A stretch of 64,000 nucleotides of DNA from Pseudogymnoascus verrucosus (lineage: Eukaryota): the NCBI GenBank assembly GCA_001662655.1, contig KV460206.1; one strand, 5' to 3'. A program made the translations under genes and the position numbers. Under the pieces are notes generated by a model. That model searched no databases. It was not told the origin of the DNA and worked only from the letters and a program-made list of their open reading frames with translations. Below, piece after piece: positions 36,380-49,935 of this stretch (position 1 is its first letter; each line of letters begins with the position of its first letter).

Positions 36380-37475
36380 GGGATCTAGACTAGAGAGCTG
36401 TTGCCAATGCCAATGGTTATTGACGGCGAACAGCAACTCATCTTTCGATGCCGCGAACGCGAAGAGTATGAAGATGGTACTTATGTGTTTGTTGAAAAGG
36501 CGGATATCTGATACAATCCACTATGTTCGCCAAACCATAGCCGTTCTCTACCGCCAGTCTTGAAAGACAACATGCCATCGAAGCTATATCAGCTCAAGGA
36601 ACGACCATCACGCTATAAAATAAGTATCGACATCTAAAAGCCCCGTCTATTAGAATTAGGTAGCGCCTCGGACGCGGTTCTGAATCGGTGATATTCAACG
36701 ACGGCGGAATTCTCATCACGCAGCTTCTATGACCCTAGAGACAACCACGCGGCTTTGTCTGGTCTCGCCCGTCTATTTAAGAAGGCCCTACTCGAAAGTT
36801 TTGGCCCTGGTTCGCATACATACGCGGCTGGCCTATGGCGGATTGCTTTGGAGAAGCCGCCGGATCGTGGATCCGAACTTGTCTGTACGACAACCACCAA
36901 AACATAAAGGGAATGTTGTTAGAAAGGCGCCATCGTGGTCTCGGATGGCACTTGTTGGACCCATTTACCAGGGAGCTAGGACCACGATAGTGGATGATAG
37001 AGGATTCAGCTTGCTTTGAGTGCTATGCTGTATACCGATACACATGAGCAGAGAGCCATGGGACTACGAGATGATGAAGCGGATTAGGGAATTAAATTCC
37101 CTAATCCGTTTCGACCTATGGTGAAGGGCTATATCCGAAATTGCGTGTCTCGAAATAAGAAACTAAGGTCCATACTGGTTACAGCACATGGGTTGGGTTT
37201 TCAGTCAAATATTACCCCGAATCCATGGGACCGGCACACATTCCGATTGGAGACATTGGAGACGGAGAATACGGCCTTAATTGAAGGGCTCCATGACCCG
37301 GGCCTAGACTGGCCCTAGATCGCTGCAACTGGACTCTTTGACATGCACTATACAACAGATAGACTCTCGAGTATGTAGGCCTTGCGTTTCACCTCGGAAG
37401 AGGGCTTGCTTCTAAGGCAGATAGAGGACTCCGGAAGGAACTCGTTTGTGTACGAAAGATTGGGTATCTATGTTA
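36380..37475 (+). pseudogene. Degenerate HET-domain protein (C-terminal region)
   Basis: Ordered remnants GEQQLIFRCRE..EDG, NR*YSTTAEFSSRSF..ALSGLARLF..YAAGLW, then after a frameshift GLLW..KAPSWSRMALVGPI, and finally YERLG. This is the motif order of fungal HET-domain proteins, broken by stops and indels. Confidence 0.7.
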
Positions 37476-38748
37476 TTGGAAAGTCTACTAGCATTCTACC
37501 CAAAGGCTTGCTTGTGCAAGATCATATGGGCACTTATGTTATTGAAGTCAGTTGCCTGTAGAGAAAGTTATATTTATTAAAGACATTCATTTATCAAAGT
37601 ATATAAACTCTAAGTTGAATAGTTGTTGTTTAATTCGCGTTAGTGCTATCAAGCACTGGCGGCCATCACGCGCCCTCTCCAGAAGCCTGTTACTGTGGTA
37701 TAAGCTTTGGACGGCAGTGCTTGCTGTATTGTATTTCTAATTTGTATTCGTGATACACGCCTATGGGGAGACACCACCGCCCTCCTTCACAAAAACCAAG
37801 GATATTATCAGGAAGCTTGTCCGTGAAGAACTGTGGATTTATTCGTGCATTATAGCTGACTTTAGTTATTGGCGGTAAATCTTGGCTGACCTATGCCTCG
37901 GAGCTTGTCAGCTGCTGACTCTTAGAGTTGGTTGAGCAGTTCGAGGAAATGTAACTAATTGGTATGCGTGTTCCCCCGATCAGCTCTGACTCGGCAGTTG
38001 TGATAAACTTGGGCTTACAAACCAAATATCAAACGCCGCATTACTTCGGACGAAATTTTTCATGTAAGATATGAAAAGTACTCGTACACCTGGAGCGCCA
38101 CCCAATGTGAAGCTGTCATGTCATATTGGATCGTCGTCGTCAGCCTCGTTGGATACAGGGGGTCGTTGACATTAGAGACAACTAAACCAATTTTTATGCT
38201 AGAGGACTCTTATTTAGCATTCAGCCAATGGTTGCTACATAAATGGCCCCATGTATTCATTTGAGACGTTGTCAGCTAGCCAATCATAGTTCTTTATAAA
38301 AAGGATTACCCGAGCGAACCAATCAACGATAACCCCGGGGTTGGATGGAGCTAAATATATTCTTGAGACGCGTCAGGCTGGCTGTCACAGCTTACTGGCC
38401 TCGTCATGCTACTGTGCGTGCTCCCAACGATTTTGATAGAGGCTAATTCCATGAGCCCTGCATTGGGTAGTATGCTTCAAAGCTTCATGGTTCCAAGCCC
38501 GTTGGTGACGACGAGGACCATGACAGATGCGGCTTTCACCGAAGAGCCATGGCCTCCATACCGGTGAGTCCTGAGGATAAGTATCCTGCAGCAGCCCGCG
38601 CATTTTATAGCTTCAATCCAACAATAAGCTTTTCTCTTGGTGCTTGTCAAGATTGTTTCTATCTGCCACGGTGGTGCAATCTTCTGGCCATCCTCCGCCG
38701 TATCTTCTCGTACCATCTGCCAACCCTTACCCCTCCAGCACCAGCACA

Positions 38749-40004
38749 ATGGTTGCCCCTGTGTGCCTAGGTAATAATCTCTCATATTCCCTTTTAAGAC
38801 TTTTGCTCTAACAAACTCTCTCAGACCCCCGTGACCCCGACGCCCAATGGCCCTACTGTCCCTCCTACGCCGGCGCAATCACGTTCACCGCCCTCTTCGG
38901 AGCCGTCACCCTCGCCCACTACATCCAAGCCTTCAGCTACCGTAAGCGATTCTGCTGGGTAGTATGCATGGCCTCGACCTGGGAAACCCTTGGCTTTGCC
39001 TTCCGCATTATGGGGGCGCGCAACCCGCGCGCCTCGGGCTGGCCCGTCGCCTCGCAGATGCTCGTTCTCCTCGCGCCGCTCTGGGTCAACGCCTTCGTCT
39101 ACATGGTAGTCGGCCGCATCGTCTACTTCTGGCTGCCGGATAAGCGCATCTGGGGAATCCGCGCCACGTCGCTGACACGCTGGTTCGTCTGGTTCGATGT
39201 CATCATCTTTCTCATCCAGGCCGCCGGCGGTATGATGTTGTCTGGCACTGATGTCTCGGCGAGTCAGACTAAGATTGGGCTGGATATCTGTATGTTGATT
39301 GTGTATGTGCTGGCGGGCAAATGCTGATGAGATATAGATATGAGCGGTATCGGAGTCCAGCAGGGCGTCCTCCTCGCGTTTATCGGCCTCATGATTACCT
39401 TCCACGTTCGCGCCCTCCGCGAAGGCAGAACCCACGCTACCCGCTGGCAACCCCTAGTCTACACCCTTTACGGCGCTCTGATCCTTATCTCCGTACGTCC
39501 CCCTTTCCGCTCGCCCAACCAAATCAACTAACCCTTACCCCCCAGATCCGCATCATCTTCCGCCTCGTCGAGTTTTCCTCCGGCATCTACGGCCCCATCC
39601 CAACACATGAATCATACTTCTACGGCCTCGAAGCAACCCCTATGTTCCTTGCCCTCTTCTCTCTCGCCGCCATCCACCCCGGTCGCTACTTGCGCGGGCC
39701 CGGCTCCGAGTTCGCGAAGCCGATTGTTACGAAGGGGGCGAGGAGGTGGTGGTGTTGTGGACGTCGCAAGCGCACGCGCGTGCAGCCCGATTATGATACT
39801 CCCAAGACGGGAGGGCAGGGGCAGAGTGACAGCGAGTTTGGCAGGGGGGAGAGGACGAGTGATGTGCCGTTGACTGCGAGGAGTGAGGGGGTGTATGAGG
39901 GGAGTTATAAGGCGCCGAGGGGTGATGGCGTGTACGACAGGCACGATGACAGGATGAGCGATGTGCCAAAGACGGCGCAGTTTCCGTATCGGGAGAGGGT
40001 ATGA
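38749..40004 (+). CDS. RTA1-like 7-TM protein, 4 exons
   Basis: WPYCPS..LAPLWVNAFVYMVVGR..FVWFDVIIFLIQAAGG..IRIIFRLVEF..HESYFYGLEATPM..IHPGRYL. Confidence 0.9.
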
Positions 40005-40404
40005 GAGTTGTGGATGATGGATGATGGGTGTGTTGAATGGGAGTGCGAGATAATAGATGGGTATAATAATTTAGAAGTGGGTGTGGTTTTGGGAAATATA
40101 TAAAGATCTCTTTTGTTTTAGCGTTGGAATCTACCTGGCGAAGGCGTTTGGCACATGGAAATATAATCATAGTTAGATGTTGGCAATATACGTAATACCT
40201 ACAATATCCTCCTCATTAAGAACAGCATCTTGAATACGTAGGCTGAAGTTATAAATATTGGTATTATTCAACGCTCGACGCTAAAAGCTATAAATTACAA
40301 CGGCGCTAAATGCACATTCCATCCCTCGATTCAACGCCAGACCATACCCATCCAGCCATCCCGCTCCTACAAATACAACCCGATCCCCAATCATAAGACC
40401 CCCC

Positions 40405-42356
40405 TCAGAACACCACATCCTGAAGCGCCCCCCCCTTCCCCAGCGTCAACTGACTCAAACTCATCGTCCTCGGCGTCCCATTCCCCATGTCAACATCCGA
40501 ATCCATATCCTCCTCCATCGCCTCTCTCACCTCCATCTCCCTCCTCTCCATCTCCTCCTTCATCCCCCTCAACCCCTCACTCCTCCTCCTCTTCTCCTCC
40601 CCCCTCCCCACGCCCGCCATCGCAGCCCCCAACCTCCTCTCCACAAGCCCAACCTTCTCCTCCAGCTCCTCCCTCGCCTTCCGCTCAACCTGTATCAGAT
40701 TCAGCAGCGCAGAGTAGTGATGCGCAGTCAGCGACCCGTGCTTGCTCAGCGGCATTCCCGAGAACGGCGGGAACCCGCGCATTGTCCCCGTCGGCGTCGC
40801 GATTTGCGCGCCGCTCGACTCGGGCGTTGAGTACTTACTCGTCGGGCTGCAATCTTCCATCTGTTCGCGACGCCGCGGAGATGGGTCTCCCGGCCCGTGA
40901 GATGGCTCTGTGGTGTCGGTGGTGGAGCGGCTGCGCGGTTGCCGGGTGGGTGTAACGGGTCTGGGCGTGCCGTCGCGGCTGTGAGGGCCTCGTCCAGCTA
41001 GAGTTTCGGATCCGGACCCGAATTCGGCTGAGAAGGGGCGGCTTGCGTGTTTTGGTGGGATGGGTGGTTGGAGATGCTGTGGGTCTGCGGCCGTGGTGTG
41101 GCCGTTCGCATGAGGCCCCGGGCTCCAGCTGGATATGGCCTGTTCCATCTCCCGCAAGCGTGCTTCGAGGTATAACACTCGGTCCTCGAGGCTTGCGGCT
41201 TGAGTGATGGTCATCCCAGCCATGGCCATGGGGCCTATAGGACCGAAATTGAACGGTTCAGGGTCAGGATATGATGCCTCGTTCGCCTCGCTCCCATCAA
41301 TTGCTAGGCCTGGCATCGCTTCCTCGTCCTGCTGAGAGGGATCGGGTTGAGACTGTGCTGTAACAGCGGTATCGGGCCTTTGGCTACTCCACGGGCTCAG
41401 TGGCCCCGAAGCATCGAAACTACTTCTCCACTGTCTAATTTCCTCACTGCGTCTTTTGGGCAAGGGCGATGTGAAGCCTGACAGCGTTTTAAGTTGCCCC
41501 GCACTCCTAGAGCGCCGATTTGGGTGAGCGCCAGATGTCATGGCTTGGCCGATTCGGGACGTGGCGCCCTCGCGTCCATGGCTGGTTGGGCGAGGAGAGA
41601 GCCCAGAGAACCCGGTATACATAGCAGGTGCGTTGCTGAAGAGACGGCTGGGGATGGTGGCTCTTCGCGGTCGTGTAGGCGAATTCTCTGGCTGGTCGTC
41701 CTGCCCCAACGGATCGTTATTTAATAAGGTCGGATGTGAAGCCAAACCCCGGTTGATTTGGTTGAGGGGCAGAGAGTTCGATCGCTGGGGAGAGGTTGGT
41801 TTATCTGCCGCGTTCGATAATGCCGTGGGATCCTGATTCTTGTTAGCTGTGCCAGAGTTGTATTGCTGTCTGAAATACGTACACTCTTGTGATGCTTATG
41901 GTTTGCCCGGCCCTCTGCATGTCCATTGGATAATGGCTCCCCGTTGCCCTTTGGCTTCTTGCCAAATAAACGACCAAGAGCAGCTCTAAAAGACCCTTTT
42001 CGCCGCTCAGGCTTCGCTGGGCTTGCGAGGGGACTGAGTAGGCCAGACTCTCTAAACCTGCTCCCAGTTGTCGACCTTCGTAACTCGTCGCCTGATAGAC
42101 GCTGTGGGCTTATCCTGCGCGGCGGTGACCGTTGTATACTTGTCTGTGTCTGGCTATGTATAGTCCCCTGGCCGTCGTCTGCGGTTATATCTGCAGTGTC
42201 GTATCCAAACGGTATCGCCAACCCCACCACGGGAATTCGTTCTGGAAGCTCATCGTCATCGGTCGGGATAGGTATTGGCGCCGATATCTTTCCACGAACT
42301 GTAGAGACTGGAGTCTGTTCACCACCCTTTCGGTTCCCGCCCCATAGTTTGCTCAT
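40405..42356 (-). CDS. Ser/Pro/Arg-rich hypothetical protein with short coiled coils, 2 exons
   Basis: ORFs 41721-42356 and 40405-41745 are joinable by an intron near 41835-41881. Motifs KISAPIP, GLSPRP, RRSRSAG and ITQAASLEDRV. Confidence 0.75.
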
Positions 42357-44019
42357 CGTTATAGCTCGTGCTGGCGCTCAAGGACGGCCGCGTCAAGCAA
42401 ACCTAGCGAAAAGTTGTTGCTTAAAAAGGGAGAATGGAATAAAGAAGAAGAGGAGCGGGCAGAATCGCCACGAGTTAAATCAATGAGTGTATTTTCGAGT
42501 CATGTTCGTCTCTTCCCCCTATCATGCACTATATTCGGCCAGCACACCCACAACTGAAAGCATTATCAGCACAGCTGTTGCGACCCCGTCATTCATCAAG
42601 GGAAATAAGTCAACTCTATGCATTCACGGGCATGTCACTGGTCATATATCCTGCAACACAGGCGAATGCAAGTGTGTCCTGGATGGGACACTGAAACATA
42701 TGCAACATGCAAGAGGGAAACGGGAACTTCATTCGTGGGAATCCAGGCTCTGGAAGAGAATGCGCTGGTGTACACGCTGCCAGCATTATCGCGCTGGTAA
42801 TGCAGCCTCGTATCGAACCACCCCGCTTTGGGCCAGTTGAGACGTGCCGAGAGTTAAAGGGATGTACGTACTACACCCCTCGACCGCATCAATAGAGAAG
42901 GTGACGTCCAACAATGTATGTTAGGCCTAGCAATGGTACCCTGCGTGGTTCGGATAGCGGCTCATGGTGAGGAGAACCTGGCAAAGGGCCAGCCATGTTG
43001 CCTACCTTTTGTGCTCCATAACTCCCGAAAGTGGAAGTGTAAATGGATCAATGCAACGTCGGAGTTGGTTTATGCAGGTAGTGGCCAGGATGGTGTGAGA
43101 GGCTGAGCGTTACGCCAGTCTTCGTGGCGTGAGTATGAAGGGGTTTGGGTGGTTTAGTCTTGCCTTGTGTTTGTGATTTGAAGTCTTGTGTAGCGGTGAT
43201 GGAGGTGGAGGGTAAAATATTGCCGATGGCGGTCAATGCGAGTGGTGGGGAAAGTGGTGAAACAGAGGGGGATCGTGGCCGCCACATTGCACACTACAGA
43301 GTACTCTAGAGTACTCTAGTAGCGATGCATGGTTGATGCGTGGTGGACGATGTTGGTCGTCTGTAGCGCAACAGTCTGGACACCTTTTGACTTTCTAGTC
43401 AAGGTACCATCCGCTGTAAATTGCTCCACAGTAAGCGAGTGATAAGGTACCCTGCAGCGGCGCCAGGGGAAGGAATATTGGCAACTGCAGCAAGCAAAAT
43501 CGCTATTTCTCAACTCAGTATTGTAACTGGACACTTGGGAATTCGTCTACACACCCTTTCAGCCCAGGCGTCGAATATATATATCACTTTTAGAGTATCA
43601 TTGGCCGCATTTATGCCTCACTGACGACTTCATCCCAAGCCACAACGGTTCTGGCCATCCCTGTGGTCTTTCTTTGCCATTCAGCCGCCAAATAGTGCAG
43701 TGCCAACACGGCCGTGCATGAGAGCTGATCTTCACGCTACAGTGTTATGAAACGCCTAAGACGGAGACTCCACTTCACCGTTCATCCGGTCCCAGACCCT
43801 GGAGTGTCTCACCGCCACGCATCCAAATAGCGGAGGGGCGGCCCCGCGCCCGCTACAGTTGCGCTACAGTTCCGGACGCCGTGCCTGGACGTCCAGTTAA
43901 GCCATAATAACGACAATCAGCTATTCGTGGGGCCCGGAAGGACGTGCATCTATCTAGGCCTCAGCCCACGTTTATCTCGTTCATCGCATCTCCACCTTGA
44001 TGCCATGCGACGTGAGGCA

Positions 44020-46270
44020 TCAAGGGTTACTAAGCATAGCCAAATCGGGATATCTGAGATCAGAGACTTCTTCCAAGAAGGCCATCCAGCGTTTCAGGAA
44101 CCCGCTTCCCCTACCCAAAAGTCAGCACATCATCCCTTCGTCAAACGTGCTCGTCTGCATCTGAACATCACGGAGTACTCACTTTGCTACTGTTTCCGCA
44201 TCACCGATGACACACAGGTGACGCCTGGGCCTCGTCATAGCAACGTTTAGACGGCGCTTCTCGCCCAGGAAACCCACCTCGCCATCGCCATTGCTACGCA
44301 CCAAGCTCACGATGATCGCCTCCTTTTCTCGCCCCTGGAACCCATCCACACTGCCTAATTCGATGCCAGGGAATTCCTCTTTCAGCGGACCTGACATCAG
44401 CGCCAGCTGTGCGTTGTAGGGTGTGACAACGGCGATATCCTCTGGCTTGACGCCTGCCTCGACAAGGTTCTTCACGTGCAGCTTCACAAGCGCAGCTTCC
44501 ATCTCGTTGCTCTTGCTTTCGCCCATCAGGCCCTTACCTGTCTTCTTACTGACCCCCTCTTCCTCGCTTGCTTCTGGAAAGTCGCCTCCTTGCGTGTCCC
44601 AGAAGACAAGAGGCTCCCTCGTATCTTCTGTGTCCTGAACCTCATACGGCAGGTCTGTTAAAAGCCTCGCCTTAACCGCCTCAGCAGCTATCAGCTTCCC
44701 CCCGTACAGTTCGTCGCTTGGAAACCTCATGATAGTCTCGTGCATCCGGTACTGCGTAGTTAACATCCGCTTAATGCCTTCCCCATGCATGGCCAATAGT
44801 CTATCAAATAGCGTAGTCTCCAGAGTCATCCCTTTGATAATCGCTTCCTCAGCCTCTCCGTCCCCATCTCCTTTCTTCGTTACCTTTGCCTTAACCTTCG
44901 AATTCAAGCTCTTAATCGTAGGTGGCAACTGTAAATGATCGCCCGCCAAAACCACCTTATCGGCCTGCAACAGAGGAACCCAACACTGTGCCTCCAGCGC
45001 CTGACTTGCCTCATCGATGAGCACAACATCGAACTGCTCGCCCCTAAGCTGGAACCCACCAGCCCCGTGAAGCGTAGCAAGCACAACCTTACTCCCCATC
45101 ACCAGATTCGCCACACACTTCTTCTCTCTCTCGCGAAACTCCTTCCGTAGCTCTCGTAGCTCTCCATAGATTCCCCTACGCTCTCGCCCCGATTTCGTCT
45201 TGCGGATCGAGGCCTGCTTACTATCCATCTCCTTGCGCACGTCGCGCACGATGGCTGCAGCATCAGAGGTTTGCGTCAGTATATCAAGTGAGTGGTTCAG
45301 GACTGAGGGGAGGAGGCGTGCGGGGTGTCCAAGGCGGAGAATGGGCAGCTTGTGTGGAGAGAGGCGCTCCACTATGTTGTCTACTGAGATATTGCTCGTG
45401 CCGCAGACGAGGACGCGAAGCTTCAACTTGACAAGTTGCAGGATGAGCTCGATCAGAGTGTGAGTTTTGCCAGTCTAGCGAAGGTTAGTCGTCTCGATGG
45501 CTGAATAAATCGGGGGTAGTAGTACCCCTGGAGGGCCATGAATTAATGCCACTTCCCGTGACGCCAAAGCAAATTTAATGGCATCTTTTTGGGAGTCATT
45601 TAGACTTGGGTCTATCCACTCGATCTTTTCAGCCTCTGGGCTCTCCTGTACCGGTGAAGGTGACGACAGCCCGAATAACACCCGCAGAAAGGCTGAATAA
45701 GATGCCTCGTTCATCTTCTGCAGTTTTTCCATAGTTTGGTTCATCCTATAACAGTCAGCATCTCGTCATCCATTCCATACTCTTATACTGCCCATAACGA
45801 AACACCTCCACTTACCGCTTATAAGTAACATCATTAGCCAACTTAACAATCCACAACCTCCCCCCCACCTCCACCTCCTCCTTCTCCATCGCAACCCCCA
45901 CCCCCGCCCTCCCCACCTTCGTCACCACCCCCCTCCCCCCCCCCTCCGCCAATTCCTTCACCTCCCTCTTCTTCGCGCTCCCCGCCGGCTGCCCCGCCAC
46001 CATCACAATATCCCCAACCCTCACCCCATGCTCCGGCAAATCGCCCTCCCCGATCGCCGAATCAAGACTCAGCTCCAAAACCGTCTTCCCGCCTAGTCCC
46101 GTGCGCTGCGACGCGATCACGAGGTTGGTGATTGCGACGCCCGCGCGTTGCAGGGAGGCGGGAGAGGTGGAGGTGAGGAGCGCGGAGGTGGAGGCGAGCT
46201 CGGATTGGAGTTCTTGGTCTAGGAGGTGCAGTTGGGTGGCTGCGAAGGAGGGGACGTTGACGGGTGTCAT
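44020..46270 (-). CDS. HCS1: SF1 helicase Hcs1/IGHMBP2 (SMUBP-2)-like, 4 exons
   Basis: LIHGPPG/TGKT Walker A split by an intron, VLIDEASQ, LAGDHLQLPPT, LTTQYRMH, VDGFQGREKE and RRLNVAMTR. Last exon GSGFLKRWM..NP*. Confidence 0.93.
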
Positions 46271-46472
46271 GGTGGTGTTGGTGGGGTGGTGGGGTGGTGT
46301 TGGCGGGGTCGTGGGGGGTTGGGCTGTTGAGGGGACAGTGTGAATGCCTCTAGCAAGGCGTGGAAAGGAGATTGAAGATGAATGAATGGAATGTATTAGC
46401 TGTAGCTGCGGCGATTATATCTTGAACTTTGGTTGTGAGTTTGTTTATATTTAGTCGTTCACGAATCCGATA

Positions 46473-46850
46473 ACGTAATTCACATATGAGTCGCCCACAC
46501 AAGCGAGTCGCCCACCAAAACATCACAACGCGTCAACGTAACAAAAGTCAACATGCTACTACCAACATAAGCCTAATCCTCTAATTAAGAGGGTTGAATA
46601 CTATTAGCTATTAATGCAATTAAACAAGGCTAATTTCAAAGTGTTTAAGCTGCTATAGCATCATACGATATCCCCTAAACGACCTTATGTAATTAGATTT
46701 ATAGAATGGCTTCTTAATATAATTTTATTCCTAATTTATAGAAGTTAACTCTATATAAAGAGTTAGCTCTTATTTAGTATATCCTTAACCTAGATTTATA
46801 TAGATTTTCCCCGTAGCTATAAGGTATATAAGAAATAGTAGACCTTCTAC
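46473..46850 (+). mobile_element. RIP-mutated 5' fragment of a pogo/Fot1-type DNA transposon
   Basis: TA followed by an ACGTAAT terminus with repeated GAGTCGCCCAC, then a decayed transposase N-terminus (EG*ILLAINAIKQG*FQSV*AA..KLTLYKELALI*YILNLDL). Very TpA-rich and ends abruptly. Confidence 0.85.
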
Positions 46851-47732
46851 ACTTTGCAGCATTGACTCTGGCCACGGTATCGAGAGTCGTCAACTCCAAA
46901 ATCCCTCGCGCAGAGAGTAGCAATGCTCTCTTCGTACCTCTATTATCTCATTTTCTATTGCTATAAAGATATGGCACCATATTGTGCCTCGAGACTTGTC
47001 GAGACTTGTCGAGATGACAGTGGTGTTTGTTGGATCATGCACCCCCGACCAACCAAGATCGCCCACGAAGCGCCCATGAAGCAGTCTTTGCGTGCATTCG
47101 TTGAGTAGTTTGAAGGTAAGAGCTCACCTCTCGAAATACGAAAGCGGGGTTCTACAGTAACTTGTCTTAATCCGAATAACTCGACAAGAGCCTCATCACG
47201 AATTGATGTGCATCAAATTCAAACTCTCGCTGTTAAAGCTATGCCTATTGAAGTTGAATTGGGACTATGCTATATCAGTGCTAGTTGGAGTCTTAATCAT
47301 TTGACGGTGATATATTCCATAGATACATGATAGCAAAATGATCAATTTTGTAATCCCCTGTGAGAATACGTCTTTCAGAGCAACATCCAACTCGAAAATA
47401 AGACACCACGCGGTCCAAGGAGGGTTTAATGCCTGCGAGAAGTGTTTTGTGCCATATCACAGATACGTGTCCGAATTGCGGGATGAAAGCATGCAGTTCC
47501 TGTCAGTGGCGGCTACGGCTACAAAATGGGAACTTCATCGGAGTGAGATATGATTAGGGATCTAGGCGCAGGTGAACTGTTGCTGAAACTTCTCTGGAGT
47601 CATTTGATGCCATTTTAGACCAGGCAGACGACCGTTAGGCCTATATTTTCGTATTAAATGTAACTAAATATCATTGAACTCAACTCAGAGATCATGCGCA
47701 TGCAGCCTTGTTCCTCCCTTGCAAAACCATTT

Positions 47733-49352
47733 TCATGTCGATAGGTCATCACTGAGAGATTTTTTCCATTCCTCGTACTGAAGTCGGACATCTGGGTAAT
47801 ACCCTAGTCTCTGTAATTCATCGTACTGTGCCCAAGGTCGCTCAAAACCTGGTTCAAACTCATCTCGCTCGACACCAAAACCCAAACGAATCTGATTTGG
47901 GCTGAAACTATCGCCTTCGCGACCGAATGGATTCAGACCGTCGCCATAGAGAAACCCCGACACCTCATCCCCAACCCACGTAGCACGACCAACATGAACC
48001 GCCACCAACCCTCCCCCGCCCCCGCCAATGATGACCTTTGGTCTTTCAGATGCCGTGCGGTCACGCCAGCCTAATTTGTCGCGCATGTCACAGAGCAAGT
48101 TCCTGTAGTTGCCATCGCCGTAAAAATGCAAAAAACTCAGTTCTACAGAGAGTAAAGAGGCCGGCAATGCGGCAAGCAAGGATATCAAGTCATCCTGACG
48201 TACCACGAAGCCTGAAATCCCTAAATGTTGAAGCTGTTGCCACCTATTGATGGGGAATATAGTACGAAGTGGTATTACGTCGCTTTCCTCTTCTGGGACG
48301 TCAACTTCCTGGTTGGCACCCAAATCCGTGCACAGGCTTACATGCTGCAGGTCTTTTGCCTCGCCCAAGGCGTGTTTAAGATGACCGGAGCGGAAACTTG
48401 GCCATCCCTCGTCCTGCTGCGTGCTGACAAGAAGACCGAGATCGATGCGATTAAAATCCGGCTTTCGCAGGAGGGCGACAAGATCTTCGTATTCTTCGCA
48501 CGGCTCGTCGAAAACGTGGCAGTTGAGCCCAGTGCAGAGCCCATTCACATCCAAAATGAACTCTGAAATGTGGTGCTCTTGCTTAGCCAAGGTGCGCAAC
48601 ACGATGCGGAATCCACGCCATTTGTTTTTCTCGGCCTCGGTGTCCCAAGGAGGCGCTTCGCATGGCGAGAAGCCGGGCTCAACGGTTGGCCAGGCCCGTG
48701 GAATGAGGTAGTTAAAGCCGTATGGGAATGCGTGAATCATAGGGGTTTCGTATAACGGTGTATACAAAGCCCCGTGGGCCGCTGGCGTGATCGTGATTCG
48801 TTTCAGGGCTGGAAAACGAGTTATACCGTATTTGAGAGCCTCGATATCGGCTTGCGTCGACAAGACGCTTTCCTGCTGCATCAAAAGCCCCTGGTAGTAT
48901 GCATACGACACATTCAGTGGTATCTGCGCTTCCATCTGTTTTGCCCTCTCTAGGTGCTGAGGAAGATCGTCAACATCGTTGCCCTTGCGACTAGTGAGCC
49001 ACGAAAGGTTCTCCCTGCATGCCCACAGAAACCAGACAGGGCATGTTTCGTCGCAATCGGGCAGGTCCTCGCCCTCACAATAAAACTCATCCTCATACTG
49101 TTCATTGCTTTCAGCCAGCAGCGCGTCGTCCCAAATGACTTCGGTCACGCCTTTGCGGAATATCTCATGGTCGGCAATGGCACGGAAAACCTCGACGTTG
49201 CGCACGTTGGCGGATAGGAATACCCTATCAATACGCAGGGGAGATCTGTCGCGGAGGGTCCTGCATGTTAGACGAAGACTCTTCTTATCACGATTATTTA
49301 AGCCAGACACAATGTGTGCTTGGAGCTTAGAGGGAAGGAGGGTTAATTGCAT
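47733..49352 (-). CDS. F-box-like protein of unknown function (539 aa, intronless), paralog of 4443-6164
   Basis: Shared blocks DRVF.SAN.RNVEVF.AIA.H, E.IWDDALL, ITPAAHG..Y.PLYETPMI..FP.GFNY.IPR.WP and FLY..G.NPFG. Confidence 0.82.
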   Translation of the reverse strand: MQLTLLPSKLQAHIVSGLNNRDKKSLRLTCRTLRDRSPLRIDRVFLSANVRNVEVFRAIADHEIFRKGVTEVIWDDALLAESNEQYEDEFYCEGEDLPDCDETCPVWFLWACRENLSWLTSRKGNDVDDLPQHLERAKQMEAQIPLNVSYAYYQGLLMQQESVLSTQADIEALKYGITRFPALKRITITPAAHGALYTPLYETPMIHAFPYGFNYLIPRAWPTVEPGFSPCEAPPWDTEAEKNKWRGFRIVLRTLAKQEHHISEFILDVNGLCTGLNCHVFDEPCEEYEDLVALLRKPDFNRIDLGLLVSTQQDEGWPSFRSGHLKHALGEAKDLQHVSLCTDLGANQEVDVPEEESDVIPLRTIFPINRWQQLQHLGISGFVVRQDDLISLLAALPASLLSVELSFLHFYGDGNYRNLLCDMRDKLGWRDRTASERPKVIIGGGGGGLVAVHVGRATWVGDEVSGFLYGDGLNPFGREGDSFSPNQIRLGFGVERDEFEPGFERPWAQYDELQRLGYYPDVRLQYEEWKKSLSDDLST

Positions 49353-49935
49353 AGTGTATGATTTTTTTGAATGGTTGCCGCTTATAGCTGATGGAGTTAC
49401 TTAATGTAAACATAAAGATGAGTTCACATAGCAGCGCCAACAAAGATAGATGGCGGAGGAGACTACCTCTCAAGGTAGTCGAGTGATGTAGGAGGGCATA
49501 GGAAATAGCAAGTGTCCTCTGGGGCTCTCATAGAAAACACAGGAACTTCAAGTCCTTTTTCCACATTCATTGATGCATATTCTCGGTCATGTAGATTTCC
49601 ATGCTGGGTGCATAGACTATCTATACGTTGTCGCCAGAGAGCGAAGAGATTGTGGTTCGCGGAACTTTGCACATCGTGATGGGGCTCAAAAATGCCATGT
49701 GACTGTCTTTGAGGGGTCTCCAGTGTGGAACCTTTAGCGAGTTGGCAAACCTCACAACTAAATTCCTCAGTTCTGACCCTCTCTACACCAAGTTTACGTT
49801 CTTTGTCGCAAAATGAAATATTCTCATAAATAAGTGGCAATAAATCCAAAATATCTATTCGAGAGAGGATATATAAAGAGCAGGCCTAAATATCAGCCTT
49901 ATTCAATATAGACTCCATCATAATTCTCATAATAA

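Noticed and set aside
43298..43317. 20-bp palindrome (AGAGTACTCT)x2
   Set aside because: Explained by tandem duplication of a 10-bp palindrome, with no context suggesting function.
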